Source of the DNA: Cenarchaeum sp.
Lineage (GTDB): Archaea; Thermoproteota; Nitrososphaeria; Nitrososphaerales; Nitrosopumilaceae
Direction of reading: 5' to 3'
Assembly: GCA_965212015.1 (NCBI GenBank)
Contig: OZ243037.1
Coordinates: 1,056,001-1,120,000, forward strand
Length of the DNA: 64,000 nt
How positions within the stretch are numbered: position 1 is the first letter of the stretch; every line of letters begins with the position of its first letter. Made by a program: the position numbers and the translations under genes. Shown here in pieces: positions 62,716 to 64,000 of the stretch. The notes under the pieces are model-generated. The model ran no database searches and had not been told where the DNA came from. It worked only from the letters and a program-made list of their open reading frames with translations.

Positions 62716-62976
62716 TCAAGATTTAAAAATATAGACATAATCAGCTGTTCCTCGGCCACCGAATCCTCCATTCATGCCTTTATCTAAAAAATATGTTTCA
62801 ATATCTCGTGCATCCTGTTGACTGTCTGGATTCCATTTATGCCAATTTGAGGGATTTCCATGTTCTTGCTTTCGTTTAACAAGGTAATCTGTAACACCGA
62901 TCGTCCATGCACGATAATTTCGTTGAACTAGAAATTCTATGGCATTTATTATTGTAAATTTATTTGTCAACATCAT
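62716..62976 (-). CDS. small GIY-YIG-like hypothetical protein
   Basis: WTIGVT...KR.QEH...ARDIE...YVYIF. Confidence 0.55.
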   Translation of the reverse strand: MMLTNKFTIINAIEFLVQRNYRAWTIGVTDYLVKRKQEHGNPSNWHKWNPDSQQDARDIETYFLDKGMNGGFGGRGTADYVYIFKS

Positions 62977-63020
62977 TTATGATTTTATTGCCCAATAAAA
63001 AATTTTGTATTTGTGTGGCG

Positions 63021-63230
63021 GTAACCGGTTAGGTCGCCCCTAGCAATTCCCGCAGCTTTTCTGCCCTGTTCAGGCCCTGCCGGCACTAGCTCAGAAAGCA
63101 CGTCAACAGTATGGCAAACATATCCATGCCTCCTGCCGTCGCGATCCTCATCTGCATCTTCCGGTGGATCACCGCCCTGCGTATCATCCATTCTGACTCG
63201 TTGTTTGTCGGCTCCATCCCGGGATGATCT
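63021..63230 (-). mobile_element. IS66-like 3' remnant with terminal repeat
   Basis: Minus-strand frame PTNNESEWMIRRAVIHRK...G...FAILL (internal stop); GTAACCGGTTAGG terminus matches 60928. Confidence 0.65.
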
Positions 63231-63313
63231 AAAGCTTTTTGGGTCTGATTGTGTGAACAAACAGCCTCGATTAATTTACACTGGGAAAAATTAGGCAGCT
63301 TGTGATACAGAGC
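63230..63313 (-). repeat. isolated left end of the IS903-like element (another short end at ~63560-63580)
   Basis: Near-identical reverse complement of 54148-54232. Confidence 0.8.
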
Positions 63314-63647
63314 AAACTTTTCACGTATTTTTACATAACAAAATACAGTTCACACTTATGGTTATACGTTTTGCTATACAATGATCTCTCTCGAATGATT
63401 TTAAGATGCGTTTGTCGATGCAGATTGTTCTGCAGTCCTTTAATCTGCGGTCATCGTCGGAATTTTTACTCACGATATGATCACATCGTTATGTTCTAAA
63501 GTTTTTTGGATTAGATTATGTGGGTAAGTAGTCTAGATTAATCTATGTTGGAGAAAATTAGGAGCTTGTGATACAGAGCAATTTTTTTTTTTCGATTTAT
63601 GTATCAATTCTTATGAATAAATCTGAACAATACTGTAAATGATTGAG

Positions 63648-64000
63648 TTAAGGTAGTACTTCCAATAATTTTTGGCCTATTCTTTTTGCTAAATGCACAG
63701 GAACTGCATCTCCAATCATTTCTTCTGCTCTTTGTCTATTGCCATTCATTTTGAAATTATCTGGAATTGTTTGTATTCTCATTGCTTCTCGTATCGATAT
63801 TCCTCTGTTTTGTGTAGGATGAATAAACCGTCCACATGCAGGAGTTGTGCAACGACACGTCATGGTTGGAGCAGGTCGATCCCACCACATTCTTCCATAT
63901 ACCGTATCAGCACCATGCTTGATTTTTTTATGGCATTTCAACCATAAATGTTTTGGTAATTGTGTTCGTTTCCCTCCATTTTTTGGAATAGCTTTTATCA
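63648..64000 (-). CDS. DNA cytosine-5 methyltransferase, C-terminal part (runs off the window)
   Basis: YGRM.WD.PAPT, HPTQNRGISIREAMRIQTIPD, IGDAVP (motifs IX/X). Confidence 0.88.
   Translation of the reverse strand, partial: IKAIPKNGGKRTQLPKHLWLKCHKKIKHGADTVYGRMWWDRPAPTMTCRCTTPACGRFIHPTQNRGISIREAMRIQTIPDNFKMNGNRQRAEEMIGDAVPVHLAKRIGQKLLEVLP

Overview
Archaeal chromosomal window, most consistent with an ammonia-oxidising Nitrosopumilaceae (Thaumarchaeota); the high GC and heavy IS load suggest a host-associated lineage (inference). The first ~34.5 kb is GC-rich core genome: F420 biosynthesis cofC/D/G/H, tsr3, tRNA-Pro(TGG), map, TBP, gatDE, and a divergent ureABC/ureEFGD cluster flanked by two DUR3-like urea transporters, an Lrp regulator and a ParB-like gene. 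From ~34.6 kb to the end is a mosaic, largely AT-rich defence/mobile island. The most striking element is a tight three-gene operon at 37.6-41.2 kb: an IrrE/ImmA peptidase-macrodomain fusion, a P-loop kinase fused to a PurZ-like (Asp->Ser) adenylosuccinate-synthetase paralog, and a DarT-like (DUF7002-type) ADP-ribosyltransferase. An OLD-family nuclease appears to have sat directly upstream before nested insertions separated it. The island also holds a 5.6-kb IS6-family transposon (36-bp perfect IRs, 9-bp target duplication) carrying a Dam-type MTase/HNH pair and TPR genes, an IS630-derived element carrying a DUF6884/Fe-S glycosylase pair, an ISL2-type IS splitting a PD-(D/E)xK nuclease, IS903-like and IS66 remnants, an S-layer gene fragment, an SDH/ClpP-like protease, and a partial cytosine MTase. 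All family calls come from motif recognition by eye, not database searches.
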